A stretch of DNA of 59,516 nt, counting the filler, from Asterionella formosa (taxonomy: Eukaryota): NCBI GenBank assembly GCA_002256025.1. It is 7 parts of 7 records of this genome, joined end to end, with 100 filler letters (N's around TTAATTAATTAA, not from the genome) between each part and the next. Parts side by side here need not be neighbours in the genome. Positions count along the whole stretch, not along the records: positions 34,077 to 42,492 come from NKIB01012227.1; positions 42,593 to 51,005 come from NKIB01012228.1; 5 more parts are not named here. One strand, given 5' to 3'. Within the stretch, counting starts at the first letter, position 1. Each line of letters opens with the position of its first letter. A program made the translations under genes and the position numbers. The notes beneath the pieces are model-generated. The model was not told where the DNA came from, ran no database searches, and saw only the letters and a list, made by a program, of their open reading frames with translations. This document shows positions 37,095 through 49,839 of this stretch, one piece after another.

Positions 37095-37330
37095 TTGAAG
37101 ATGGCGGAGGGGTTCGATTCCTGCATTCTCCACCACCTGTCTATCCTTTTTATGTAGTCCCTGTCTAGTAGGGTTCTGGGGGTGCGGCTAATGAATAGAA
37201 ACGACAGGTCCCCATAGTACTGTATGGACGATTAAAAGCGGTACTGATCCCTGTGCACCAGCGCCCCCCGAAATCACCACGTTTGTTGGGATGATCCTGG
37301 GCTGGTATGCTACACGGTCTACCCTTCTAG
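37095..37330 (+). mobile_element. Possible tRNA-derived SINE remnant
   Basis: B-box GGTTCGATTCC at 37111 followed by CCACCA, then a GC-richer body in AT-rich surroundings; no complete cloverleaf. Confidence 0.3.
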
Positions 37331-38948
37331 AAAATGAGTACCGGTAGTCTTAAAGTGCTTAGAATAAGCGAAGTTTTAATATTTTTGTTACCTCGAACAG
37401 GAATGATACATATCTGTTTCGACCATGATGTACCAGTTACATTTTACAGGTACTATAATAGAATTTTACAGGCACTATAATAGGTTGTGCAACAGGTACA
37501 AAATCATTAACAGTATTATACGTATATACCATATTAGTCATTTAGTACCAAGTCATAGTCATGGTGCATTTAAAAACATCAGCACTCATGAATCTTGAAA
37601 ATATTAAAGGCAGCACGAGAGTAAAGTCAACAATGCGGCACTGTCGTCAGTATGAGACAGAAATTTTTTTCTGCAGCTGAACAAGCAAACATCTGCAAAT
37701 AGAAAGCATCGTGTTCGTGTAATGCACCTTGTTTTGATGATGATCAGCCGTATGATCATATAATTTCAAAATATTATCTAATATCTATCACAAGCAACTA
37801 TTGTCAGAAATTAAATAAAAACCTTTTTGGACTAGCTATGCTTATTGTACAATTGTATGTTTCCTCGCAGGATGATGTACCAGCGAAATATTGGTTTATT
37901 TGTGATCATCATCACTTGCTCCGCTTTTCGCTTAGTCTTCAACACTCAAACAATGACGACACAATTTAATTGATTGTATTGTTCATGAAGTCTTTATGAT
38001 GTGATTACTGCGTCATTATCATGTTCCAGCATTGTAATTTGTCTTTGTAAACGCTTGATGATGATAATTCCACCAAGAATTGATGCAACAACCAAATGGT
38101 GCCACTGACTTTCTGCGACTGTCAGTGATCCAGCAAAGAATCGACAACAACAACTTGAATGTTTGTCCAATTATACTGTTGCTCAAGCCATTATGATGTA
38201 AGTGTTCTTGTGGCATATCATTTGATATCATGAAAACATGTATGTGATCAATCATATATTTATTTATGTATGTATGATCAATAAAAAATTCGTCATACTG
38301 CGATAATTTTGGGGCAATCGACAATAGAGCAAAATTGTTAGGTCTAACAATTTTTTCATTCACAAATGATGGAATGTTGAATATACTGCATGAGACCAAA
38401 GCAGGCGAACATTACATTGGTCGCATTTTAGCTGGTAGGCCAATACTCTCAGCTCGGTTTGATGTTTCTGAGCCAATTTTTTGGGTGAAATGCCCATGTA
38501 ATAACATAATGATAGTGCCATACATGAACTGCTGATTCTTAATGGAAGTAAACTTTACTCAAATCAAGTAAAGTTTACTTTCGGTCATTGGGTCATTGCT
38601 TGATTTGAGTGAAGTTTACTTTATCTGCCAATTCAAAAACATTTTGCTATATCTGCCAAAGTGATTATATTTATAGCAAAAGCGATAGTGTGCCAACTCG
38701 AAAGCATTTAAGTTCTAAGCCTTTGTATTTTATGTCTTGACAAATTAGGTAGTAATCATGTAGAGAACACTCTGACAGTTGCCATGTGGCCAGGCAAGCA
38801 AATGACTGCAATATATTTACCGGTAGTTCTACTACGGTAAACTACGTAATGCTATCATACACACTCGTCGCCGTCACGGCAGCAAAATTGGCAGATATGA
38901 TGGTATGATAGCCAGTCTCATGTTGGCCATCATCTTCTGACTGACAGG

Positions 38949-40226
38949 ATGGCAAAAGGAATAATCAATTCATCGGGATTTTCCTGTCATCTTGCGAGTG
39001 CCTTGCAGCTTATTTATCACTGTCTCCCCTCGTTGAGACAGGCCTTGATCGGTTTGTCAGGTCTACCACTGTTAGAATCTCCTCTGCTGAGAAACTTTGC
39101 GCGAATCTTCGCGGAGCTTCAAAGGAATGACGATGATGAGCCAGTGGACCCATCCGCCTTGTACAGTGCATTAAGAAATCAAAAGTCAGTGGAATCGAAT
39201 GATCTTGGAGACTCTGTAAGAATTTTGAGAACTCTGCTAGCGACGATTCGTTGTGAAATGGTAAAGTTAGCACGCTCATCAGCATGCTTCAAAACCTTGA
39301 TCAAAATTCTAGAGAATGAGTTGGATGGAACTATGGAACAAATACTGACTGGTCGCAAACGATCCGTGCAAAGATGCAAGGTGAAGCTATGTGCACAGGC
39401 TTCTCCATTTCCTGTACCAGTGGCACCTTCACTTGCAGCCGGAATCGATAAAGCAACTATCCAACCGCAGGAGATAACCGGGTACTCCTGGGAGAATGTC
39501 GAAGGCTATGACGAGCTGGAAGTGGAAGACTCGGCATTGGAATATTGGAAAACATCAAAGACGATTGTTTTCCAATCAATCCCTGAAACTCTCCTGCTTC
39601 ACCTGCAGCGGTTTTCACTCATAGACGGCCAGGTACAGTTACTTGCCAACCAAATGGATATTCCATACAAGCTGGAAATGAATAAATATTGCTTAGAACA
39701 ATCCCTTCAACGAGAATATGTGTTAAAAGGAGGATTGCTTCATGTTTCAGACTCGCATAAGGCCAGTGAAGACGAGGAAGCAGGACACTATATTGCTATA
39801 GTGCGATTGGACGGACGTTGGATCATACTAGATGATGAAGACTCCACTGAAATGAGCTACTCAGAACAAGATATACTTGATTTTCTGAGCTGTCGAAAAT
39901 CCAGCATTATTCAGCTAAACTCAGGCAGTAGTGTTTGTCCAACTCTGCTTGTATACACAGCATCACAGGAAGGGGGGAAATCAAGTGCAGCTTTGTTATC
40001 CACATTTAGTGAGCAACTAGCCGACAAACTCAAGAAACAGGATGAGGAGCAAAACTGGGACTTTTCTATTATTGGAAGACGTGTTAATATTCTTTGGGCC
40101 AAGGGCAATTATTATCCAGGCACCATTATTGCATATAATGAAATTGAGGGCAAGCACAAAATTGAATATGATGATGGAGATATTAAAATTTACAATCTTC
40201 GAAATAAAGTAATTGAATGGATTTAA
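38949..40226 (+). CDS. Ubiquitin-specific protease (peptidase C19) with a C-terminal Tudor-like domain
   Basis: Cys box GIINSSGFSCHLASALQ, LLLHLQRF, His box AGHYIA..WIILDD; C-terminus IGRRVNILW..YYPGTI..HKIEYDDGD. Confidence 0.82.
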   Translation: MAKGIINSSGFSCHLASALQLIYHCLPSLRQALIGLSGLPLLESPLLRNFARIFAELQRNDDDEPVDPSALYSALRNQKSVESNDLGDSVRILRTLLATIRCEMVKLARSSACFKTLIKILENELDGTMEQILTGRKRSVQRCKVKLCAQASPFPVPVAPSLAAGIDKATIQPQEITGYSWENVEGYDELEVEDSALEYWKTSKTIVFQSIPETLLLHLQRFSLIDGQVQLLANQMDIPYKLEMNKYCLEQSLQREYVLKGGLLHVSDSHKASEDEEAGHYIAIVRLDGRWIILDDEDSTEMSYSEQDILDFLSCRKSSIIQLNSGSSVCPTLLVYTASQEGGKSSAALLSTFSEQLADKLKKQDEEQNWDFSIIGRRVNILWAKGNYYPGTIIAYNEIEGKHKIEYDDGDIKIYNLRNKVIEWI

Positions 40227-40699
40227 GAAATTCCAAAAACCATTGTCCTGTTAGTCAAGGTACCAGGTAGCAGTATCCTTCCTGGTGCTCGGTTTTCAAG
40301 AGTGAAAATCGTTCCATTCTGAATGAATGGCTTCTCTTCTTGCATTGTTCATACAGACGTCCCCTAATGCCTACCTTCTCAAGAACTGAAGATTGTTGTC
40401 TTCCATTCTGAAATTGCAGCTTTGATTGCATGTCAAGATTTGTTTCCCATATAAAGTGAAATAGTTGAATAAGTCAACTACATTATTTGATTAAAAAATG
40501 TAATTAGTTGAGCAACCTTCAGAATAATAGTTGAATGACCTTCTGATTATTAGTTGAAAAACCCTTCAGATAATTAGTTGAATGAATCTTTGGAAAATAA
40601 AGTGAACTAAAAAATAGAATTACGTGAACAGAATTGATATGTTACATGAAGTATAATACAGAATTACGTGAGCTAAATCACCCAATTACGTGCATTATA

Positions 40700-42282
40700 A
40701 GCAAGTCATTATTGATGTGTTTGAGATACTGCTTCAAAACAGAATGGTTTCCTTCAATTCTAGAAGTAGAACTGACCCAAGATGGAGGAGTTTGTCTGCC
40801 CAACATGACACAAAATTTTCCTTTAAAGGAATCCAAGTTCTGGCAATATAACCTTATGAATGTTTTGTAATAGATTTGTACTTATCCTGGAAGACCTGCC
40901 AATTATGCTCGAAGTCAATTTGCTTCCCAGAATAGAGGAGAGAATTCCAGTCAGACATAAAGTTTTTGAATTTTTCCTCAGAGTCCCATTTATCTGTCAT
41001 TGTGTTTGTGAAAATATTGGTGTTGAAATGCCAAATGCAAAGCAAATGTATGCAATTTGGGAAAACACTATTAATGTCATTCAGGAGCGCAAGCTCTCGT
41101 TCTGTGATTAGGAGTTTAGGCTCAACAATTGACCCAAATGCTTCAAGAGCCCATTGGTAATCTTCTTCTCTTTCGGCAGACAAAAAAGCAAAACCAGCAT
41201 TGAATGTTTTGAAGGTGGAAGTGATCCCAACAATGCTCAGTAACGGCATCCCAAATCGATTTGTCTTGTACTGTAGGTAAAATCCATCATGAACACATAT
41301 TTATACCGGCATGAGAAAGGCAGCATGCTGTCCTTCGAGAAAAACAACGCTTTCAGATTGCCATTATCGCCTAGTTTCACTTTAAAAGTATATCCACCAG
41401 ACGAAATCAAATAATAGAGTGCTTTTACTGGTGTTCTCCCATTGAGAATTCTTTCCTGGCAGCTGCCTTCTCATTCGAAATTTCTCTTGCTGTTGTTACC
41501 GGTAGTTGGTTGCCTGTTGTGAACTTCAAGTGAGTCTGGATTTGTGAGCTGGTTACCCCAGCTTTGGCCATATCTCTGACAATCGCTTTTTCCACCTCTG
41601 TCAAGAATCTTCTTGCTGCTGAGTACCCAGCAACGTGCTCAGTGATTCATGGTTGTGATCTGGAACAGTTTCGCCTTTAAAAGTCCAAAACTTCGTCTTC
41701 TTGCTGTATGTGCTGGCTTTGGCCTTGAAAGGGCAATATGTCAGTTTTGAGCTGGTTTTTCTTTGCCGAGTTGCATCAGTCAGATCAAGGCGGTTATCAT
41801 ACACTCCTCCATGATAGCATCCAAAGATAATTCGTCTACTTGTCACTGCCATTGTACAACTTCAAAAACATGTCCATATCCTTCTAATACTTGGTAATAG
41901 TTTCAATGCATTTTTCCCAAGAATCAAATGTGACTTGATCCATTAGATTTACGGGGGATAAATTTTCATCTCCCTCCTCTGTATTGTCCCCAATAGGTTC
42001 TGACAGTTTTGGTTGAGGAAGCATCAGAGTCAATTTGAACACAATGATGTGCATGTGTTTGTGTAGCAGCCACGGCAGTGTCATGGAGGAGTCAACAAAG
42101 ATTTGTGTGGCAAAAAAGTATTGATGGTTTATACGAAGACTATGTAGGCTAGTAGGGTTTAAGGGTTTATCAAAAAGAGGGGGACGAAATATTGATACTA
42201 TAGGGGGACGAAATATCTTTTTCCTATTAAAATAGCTCAAAAGTAAATGAGAATGAGTGCCCTTGTGGATCCATCGACTCAT
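40700..42282 (-). mobile_element. Degenerate Mutator-like (MULE) transposase
   Basis: FAR1-like C..G..RKTSSKLTYCPF..HNH; MULE core DFTY[ins]KTNRFGMPLLSIVG..E.EEDYQWAL..RELAL..HLLCIWH. Confidence 0.88.
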
Positions 42283-42592
42283 TCTATTAGTAAAAGACGA
42301 TTGTGAATCTCGAACCGGAGTTGAATCCGCAAGATCGCAATGTGGTATAAAGAAAAGCGACAGTCAATGATGGCCATTGTGGACGCAAAACAACAAGCTT
42401 TTTTGCGGGCAATCATAATTTTTAGAAGGGTTAGGGTTATCCGTTATACTAGGTCTACATGAGCCAACCCGATGTCCTCAAAATTTGCACCCNNNNNNNN
42501 NNNNNNNNNNNNNNNNNNNNNNNNNNNNNNNNNNNNTTAATTAATTAANNNNNNNNNNNNNNNNNNNNNNNNNNNNNNNNNNNNNNNNNNNN

Positions 42593-42947
42593 GAAACGAG
42601 TTTGTGTCGGCCTCGCATGGACCAAACACACCAAAAATCAAAATGTCGTTTGAGGTTGGTGTCGAGTCAATGGACAAAATTTGCTTGTTCCTGTATTCTG
42701 GGAAGACATGGTCTTCGAACCCTCCTGGAGGATAACCGCAAATGAATAGTGTCCAGTTGTTTTTGGGTACCAGCATCTGGGAGGATGTGTTCACTGGAAA
42801 CTTTTCAAACGAGCCGATGTTCTGAATCCATCTTGTACTGATATCCACGGAACTAAAAATACGAGAACAAATTAAGAATGTAGACAATAGATATATCCCA
42901 ACGATGGTTCGCCGATTGATGATACAATCGACATTGACAAACAACAT
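42593..42947 (-). CDS. N-terminal fragment of a type II membrane protein (possibly glycosyltransferase-like); paralogue of 50651-51005
   Basis: N-terminal TM anchor followed by LFICGYPPGGFEDHVFPEY; runs into the gap; function uncertain. Confidence 0.65.
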
Positions 42948-42956
42948 TGCCTTGGA

Positions 42957-43391
42957 ATGTTTTACTCAACAGCAAGGAGTACTATAGGGTCATTTGGATC
43001 TAATAATGGTTGCTTTAGGGCCAATCTTAACAGAGATTCAAAAATCAAAAATATGTTGCTCGGCCCAATTTTTTGTATCGCAAGTTCCGCTTTATACAGC
43101 TCAAATCAGCATTTTTATCCTGAGTTGATCCTTGCCATTGGACTTGGCTGGCTTGCAGGCGGAAATCTCATAGACATTTGTCATGTCTATGGAGTTTTTC
43201 ATCCATCTGTTTATGCCATCACTAAAACATTCCTTGATGCAGCGAACTCCTGCACAGCACTATCAATAAAATTACCTACAACAAACAAGGAGAAACAAAC
43301 AGTGATGAATGGACTCCTTGAAAAAAGCGAGCAGCAACTATTTTGTGGATGCATTGGTGGCTATAGATGGATATTTAAAGCCTATTTCTAA
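42957..43391 (+). mobile_element. PIF/Harbinger transposase fragment
   Basis: LAIGLGWLAGGNLIDICHVYGV...IKLP...FCGCIGG, with the IDG catalytic motif frameshifted. Confidence 0.72.
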
Positions 43392-44392
43392 ACCAAAAAA
43401 AGGATTGTGATGGCTTCCTTCAAGCATATTGGTCTGGGCATTATACGACATGTGGATACCCCATCATCCACAGAGACACCATCAGCTACACAGGATCCCC
43501 TCACTGATACTGAAAGTGATGATGACGTTTCTTTGTCGGTTGCTGCTACAAAAAAGTGACTCCTGTCGATGATACCATTAATAACTCCCGGATGCAGATG
43601 GACAACATGGTACCATATCATAAATTTTCTGATTGCATGGACCAACAAGTACATGACAAACTGAGAGAAAAAATTTTGCACTTGCCAAAGGATATTATCA
43701 ATTGGTCAATGAACTCAATCACTAAAAAGGTCGTAATTCGGTTCAAAACTTGTCCATACAAGGTTATCAAGAATCTTCAATTTCAGCAGCCTTATCAGAA
43801 CGTTGTTCCCGCTTAGCTAAAATTGAACCATCAACTGTCACAAAGGTTGTGAGTTTTTTTCCAAAACCAAGAAGTTTTGCTGTGAACATGTAAGTTCAAT
43901 GTTATAGTTTGTGATTTGCAGGTGCTGTAAAACATGCAGAATATCAATCAAATGTGCTTTTTCCTTGTCCCAAAAGAGAATCAAACATCCCGCCCTATCT
44001 GGTCCACGTAGTATGAAAGGCGTTTCAAATCACAAACAGGATAGGTTTGCCCAATGTTGTTTATGTTGGCTATACACAGTGAAACCGAAGTTAGGCAAAG
44101 AAGTGGAGATTGACCCACCAGAGCTTGCCGATTTCATATGGAATGGTTCTGATGCACTACTTCTGATGAATCAGACCATTGAACGTATCAACAAGGCAAG
44201 CTTAGATTACATCAAATCTACATTTGGTGGCATGTGCATTAAAAAGTTGAGAGAATGTCAGAATGTATTAAATAATCAATTTAAAGAATTCTTAGGTAAG
44301 TTGCAGGGAGATGCTCCCAAAGCATGATGTTTTGATTTAGTGATTATAACAGGAAGTAAATAGACCATTTGTATCATTATGTACTACCAGCA

Positions 44393-45068
44393 TCTGCAAA
44401 TAGAAACCATCATATTCCTATGATGCATCATAGGATTATGATCATCTGATCATAATTTTTTGTTATATCATCTAATAATTTTGATAAATGCCCTCGTAAA
44501 TTAAATAGTAAACCGTTTGACTATGGAAATTTAATTATTATATGTATTGTTTCTTTTAGGTTCCTTTATTTAAATTTCTTGGTAGGATATTGCACCAGTT
44601 AAAGTAATGTGGTTTGGCTCATCATCCTTGCCAGTCCACACTCTGATTCTTGCAGCAACAACAACAAAGCAGTCATGTCGAGAGGAACGAGTATCTGTGA
44701 TAAAATCTTCATTTGTTGTTCAAGTCATCATATGTCTTCGATGAATCATCATCTGCATTGTACAGTATGTTCGTATGCAATCCGTTAAGAGCTTGAAAAG
44801 AAATCCAATGAAAACGAAATGGCTCATCACACAAGACGAATATTTCCGGTCTGTCACCAGAGCATCAATCAGTGTTACAACCTCAATCATAGCTAAACAA
44901 CATCCATTATAGAACAGCACAATCTACTTCTCCGTAACATCGTCTCTCTAACAAGAACGTAATACATCTAGAATTGAAACACAGCATAGCAGGCGATATT
45001 AACAAAGAAGCATGAGACTATCTATTCATAGTAACAGAGTGATTCTGGTTTTGTAATTTTCATTTCTC
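44393..45068. repeat. Inverted copy of the 25561-26263 repeat
   Basis: Reverse-complement match. Confidence 0.88.
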
Positions 45069-45069
45069 A

Positions 45070-45420
45070 CCAGATTTCCTTTGTCATCGTACTAGTTCCT
45101 TATCTTTGAAGATAGGAGCGTATTCTTTGATGTATCTGGAATGTTTCAATGGATGGCAGGTAGCAGTTGGATTTAGACACAAACCTCGACAAAAGCACTA
45201 CTTTGTAGATGTTCATAAAAAGCCAGACACTTTGGCCTATTGACCACCGCTCAGTCTATACTGCAAAAATGCAAGAAGCACAAATTGAATGCCCATTTAT
45301 GGATTCAAGTTTCAGTAGTGCAACAATGTAAAATATTAGAAACCGGAAGTCACATTTCATCTAATTAAGGTTTTCATTAGCTATACTAGTTTTGATTGAG
45401 AGGAAGCACTGGTAGAATGC
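45070..45420 (+). mobile_element. Small relic of the same Tc1/IS630-like transposase family as 28715-29800
   Basis: Hand translation gives VGFRHKPRQKHYFVDVHKKPDTLAY (compare GFRY..RKKGYYVD). Confidence 0.55.
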
Positions 45421-46764
45421 CAAACGGGCGGGGGCAAACACAGAGAATCCTACTCATTTTTCTACCCAATGATCCCAGACCCTTGTTCTTGAATGTCACT
45501 TGCTACAGAAAATGGAGAACAGCCGCCATGATCTGTTGATTGTTGCTTGCTGTACGGTGCCACTGACCAAAACCTCCAGAAATCTCAATGAGTTGCTTGT
45601 TTCTTGACTTGAATGCAAAAAGGATCGAAACCAGTGGGAAAATCAAAAGGGAACTAAAAATGCTCTGCAAACATCAGGACAATTGTGAAAGAGAAATGAA
45701 GGTTCTTGGGGGGAGAAGTAAAGGGATAATTGCTTCTGGTCTTGCGGGAACAAGAATAGATTGACCCAAACAATGTTGACAAATAGGTACCTACTACGGG
45801 AAAAGGAAGCAATGCTTTCCGCATCATCAATCTAGCTATACACAAGCCTGTGCCACCTGACATCAATATAGCTACCTCGACTTCATCAATGAAGAAGCCA
45901 ATGGGTGGAGCAGCCATGTGAGGAAAATCGGGTTTGAGGTTTTCTTGACGCCAACATGCTTGGCTGAACTTGCAGATGAAGGCATTGAGTACTAACCTGG
46001 GCCTGTGAAGCCAAAGGATAAAGAAAAATCTATGACAAGGGTGGTGAGATAGTGTTTAGGAGGGGGGAGCAAAAGTTATCATAGCTGAACGCATTCAAAA
46101 CTTGTACAGACAATAAATGGTGGCATACCATGGCTGCTCTTGGCTGACAGTTGCCAAGTCAAGTACAAACAAAACAAGGGTGCACAAAAAAAGTTCCATT
46201 TTAATCGACTGGCTGATACATAGTTTTGAGACTCACCATTCTGCAATGGGGTGGACTTTGATCATTGCTTTGTTCAAAGCACAATCAATTCGAATGCTGT
46301 CCAGTGAAACAGCCAATGAAAACAATTGTGGCGAAAAAGCGCAGAACAGATCAGGAGATTTCATAGGAATTAAAAAAAACAGGACATATATGATGCACTG
46401 CTCCTTGTGTAGACTAGCTATATTTGATCATTTCCATATTTCATACTATACAGGTGCATGGATGACTCCTCCCGCCCTTTCATTAGATATGCAGCCATGT
46501 TGCGATAATTCTACAGGACCTGCCTATAGGATTGGTAGTCTGGTGGTCATCATTTCCGCATTGTATATACCAGTAGGAGTCACCATTTATGCATGCATGC
46601 TGCGATAATTCTTACAAGACATAAAAATTTGGTAGCTTGGGGGTTATCACTTCCGTACTGTATACAGGGGGGGAAGGGGTTGCATGCATGAGCAACTACT
46701 CCGGTATAAACTATGATCTTTAATCAATGAATTTAGATTCGTTTATCCTATACCTTTGATCATA

Positions 46765-47653
46765 ACATATTGATCATATGATAGACGGTGTCATTGATGA
46801 GAAAATGAACGATCAACATTTATTTTCAAGAATCAGGATCAATCGATCTTAAAAATATGATCAAATGATCCTAAACACATGAGCATATTCAGTTTTCCGC
46901 TGCACTATTGTGGTATTTCCATGATGGTAGTAATTACCAGCAATTATACAGTACTACCGGTAGGCCATATGAATTTTGGTCAATATGTTTATATACATAA
47001 ATGTATGATTTCGGCCATTTGAAAAATTGGTGATGACTCCTGTTTATTAAGGGGCTTAATTAAATCAGCCACTGACTTGTAGGTACAAGAATTAACACCA
47101 AAAAAATTGAAAAAACTCAACAGGTCGTGGAAAACTATGAACTCATCATGTATTGTATGTATTTGAACTATGTGTAATCAAAATTGATATTAGTATACAC
47201 AGGATGTGCTGTATAGCTAATGAGCGGTTTAAAGCTATGCAAATGTTCAACTATGTATACATTTAAACTTCTTACAAATCTTTATATATATGTATTCATG
47301 ACTGAAACATTTGAAATCATTTTTATACATATTGATCATATGATAAATGGTGTCGTTGATGAGAAAATGAACGATCAACATTTATTTTCAAGAATCAGGA
47401 TTAATTGATCTTAAAAATATGATCAAATGATCCTAAACACATGAGCATATTCAGTTTTCCGCTGCACTATTGTGGCATTTCCATGATAGAAATAATTCCC
47501 AGCAAGTATACAGTACTACCGGTAGGCCATATGAATTTTGGTCAATATGTTTATATACATAAATGTATGATTTCGGCCATTTGAAAAATTGGTGATGACT
47601 CCTGTTTATTAAGGGGCTTAATTAAATCAGCCACTGACTTGTAGGTACAAGAA
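46765..47653. repeat. Pair of near-identical 327-bp direct repeats (46765-47091 and 47327-47653)
   Basis: Direct comparison; the 3' halves appear identical. Confidence 0.92.
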
Positions 47654-49714
47654 CAAATGCCTTTCATGTTCCTTGTCATGCATCCACTTCCTGAAATGAA
47701 GGATCTCAGCAAGCAACACATGATAAGAAAAACTGAAGTGACAATACAGCACGATGATACACCATGCGGCTAAGAAGGAGTGAATAGGATGGAGAAGAGC
47801 GGAATCAACAAGCTGTGCATAGCATCACGGTTTGTCAAGAGAAAATGCCAGGATGATCAATTGCTGGGATTAGAAATACGGAATGACTTGTCCCCTTTCA
47901 GTGATTGAATAGCTCCTTTTTGGTGGCTGGCCAACCATCAATGTGTAAAAACGAAATCGGTAAGTGCTATCATCTTTAGATCAATCCACAACTGTTGGAA
48001 AAAATGACACACATGTGTTGCTTCTTTCAGGATAATGGTAGACAAACAGTATTTGTAAGTTACAAACAGCAGTGTTGAAGCCCGTTTATTGATCGATACT
48101 TTGCTTCTCATTCAATCTTCAACTGACACATTCTTTTACAGAAATATGCATCAGTTACTTCCTCAATTTGTGGTAAGTGAAGATAGAAGCGAAATGCATA
48201 TTATTGTGTAAGCAAAACATGAACAGCTAACAATGAATTGCTTCTCTTTGTTAGTATGGCTGATTGGAACAACGAAACGGATTCAATAGTAATAGGAAAA
48301 TGCGTGAATGCAAACTCAGATCCGTCAGGAGTAAATGGAATAAAGCGGGGGAACAACGGCAAGGCAACCAGTACAACTACCTTCAGAATTGGATTGGGGG
48401 AAGGTGGAAGTGAAAGCTGAAGCAACAATCATTGCGATGAGAGCATTGTAGAACATTCTGTAGCCACTTAAGGTATAGAAACATATAACCATTCGTAGCT
48501 AAATATAGTTCTAAATTTCGATCAATTTCATCCTATTTTAGACAGTGATATCGATGAGAATTACGATCATGCTAAGATAGATGCATGACAAAAGTATACA
48601 CATCATATGACCATGTTTAACTAATTATATGATGCAATGGTATTATAACTATGATAGTATCATCATACTTCAAACTCCGTAAAAGTTTACTGCATGATCA
48701 TAATTATATGATACATTGATCATGTTTTTGATCAAAAAACTATCACATATGTAAAAATCCCGTGCCACTTAGCATACGATACCCTTGATCCTATATTCAT
48801 GATAGTTTTTATTTACAGACGAGGGTATGAGCATACATAAGGAAATGCATATGCACTGGCATCTACCGGTATACCAATCCCAGGTCTTTCATGTTCAAGA
48901 TCGCTCTATATATGCCAACACGATGTGTAATAACGAGGAGAATGCATGGTTTTGAGATGCAACAACACTTATTGTGGGTGAGGGGGAGTTATTCCAAGGA
49001 GTAGTGTATCAGCCATAGAAGAACCATCGATTGGTGTCATGAAAGCTACCAAAGCTTTGATAAAGCATTGGCTGGTATAGATTTGGACATATTTTGACTC
49101 AAAAGATTTGGAATTCCATTTCGAAAAAATTTCGAAATCACCTAGGCTGAGACTCAGCCCAAACTAAAGCTTCATTCCGGCAAAGCTTGAAAGAATAGTT
49201 CAGTAGCTATCAAGAATTGCTATCAGCGGAATTGAGGCGTCCTTGCAGATCTTTCGACATGGTACCAAATATCCAATGCTTTGGATAAATCATAAGAATT
49301 TTCTATTTTGCATGAATGCCACAAACCTGGAAAATGCGTGAACAGCAATTTATATAGGCATAATTTGTGATCACGGAGAAAATAGCCCTACGCAGGTTTC
49401 TACGAACAGACATATGAGTGATGAATCTCGGAAATTATGACATCGACTCACTTCGCGATTTTCGTCTTCTCAATCTCTCAGCGAATCTTGGCAGCATTCC
49501 AGACTTGAGTTGCGGCCCCACAGTTACACAATGCGAGGTCCGTTTTTCCCAAAATGATTTTATCATGTGCCTTAATCCACACATGATGTACAAGTAAATA
49601 AAATAGTTAAAGGTAAAATTTGCTTCACCAATGCGACCACTTTGCATATGCTTAGATACAGTCATGGGTCGACTTAGGGGTATTTTCTATCTTTGGATAT
49701 GGTTAGGACCTCAT

Positions 49715-49839
49715 TTCTGGAGAGAAACTGCAGGTATCCCTCTTGGAATTGTAACTATTCAAAAAATAGTCAAAAAAAGGGGGCTATAAAGAAGCTTTTA
49801 TAAAATTCTACTAGGGATAACTGCAGTTTCTCTCCAGAA
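49715..49839. repeat. 27-bp inverted repeat (26/27 match) around a ~70-bp loop
   Basis: TTCTGGAGAGAAACTGCAGGTATCCCT / AGGGATAACTGCAGTTTCTCTCCAGAA. Confidence 0.85.

Noticed and set aside
37100..37135. Functional tRNA gene
   Set aside because: Only a T-loop/B-box-like piece; no D or anticodon arms could be folded
25103..40226. Stress/DNA-damage gene cluster (ATM, GGCT, MAPEG, USP)
   Set aside because: The genes lie on different, artificially joined contigs
40460..40700. CRISPR-like array of TAGTTGAA/GAATTACGTG repeats
   Set aside because: Short, irregular, degenerate repeats next to a MULE in eukaryotic DNA; no constant repeat-spacer period and no cas genes
42428..42440. Telomere (GGGTTAGGGTTA) near the contig end
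   Set aside because: Only two units, followed by non-telomeric sequence; more likely a MULE subterminal motif
43556..44327. Cys-rich ORFs as a host gene or CxC/KDZ transposon
   Set aside because: Fragmented, with no diagnostic motif I can support by eye
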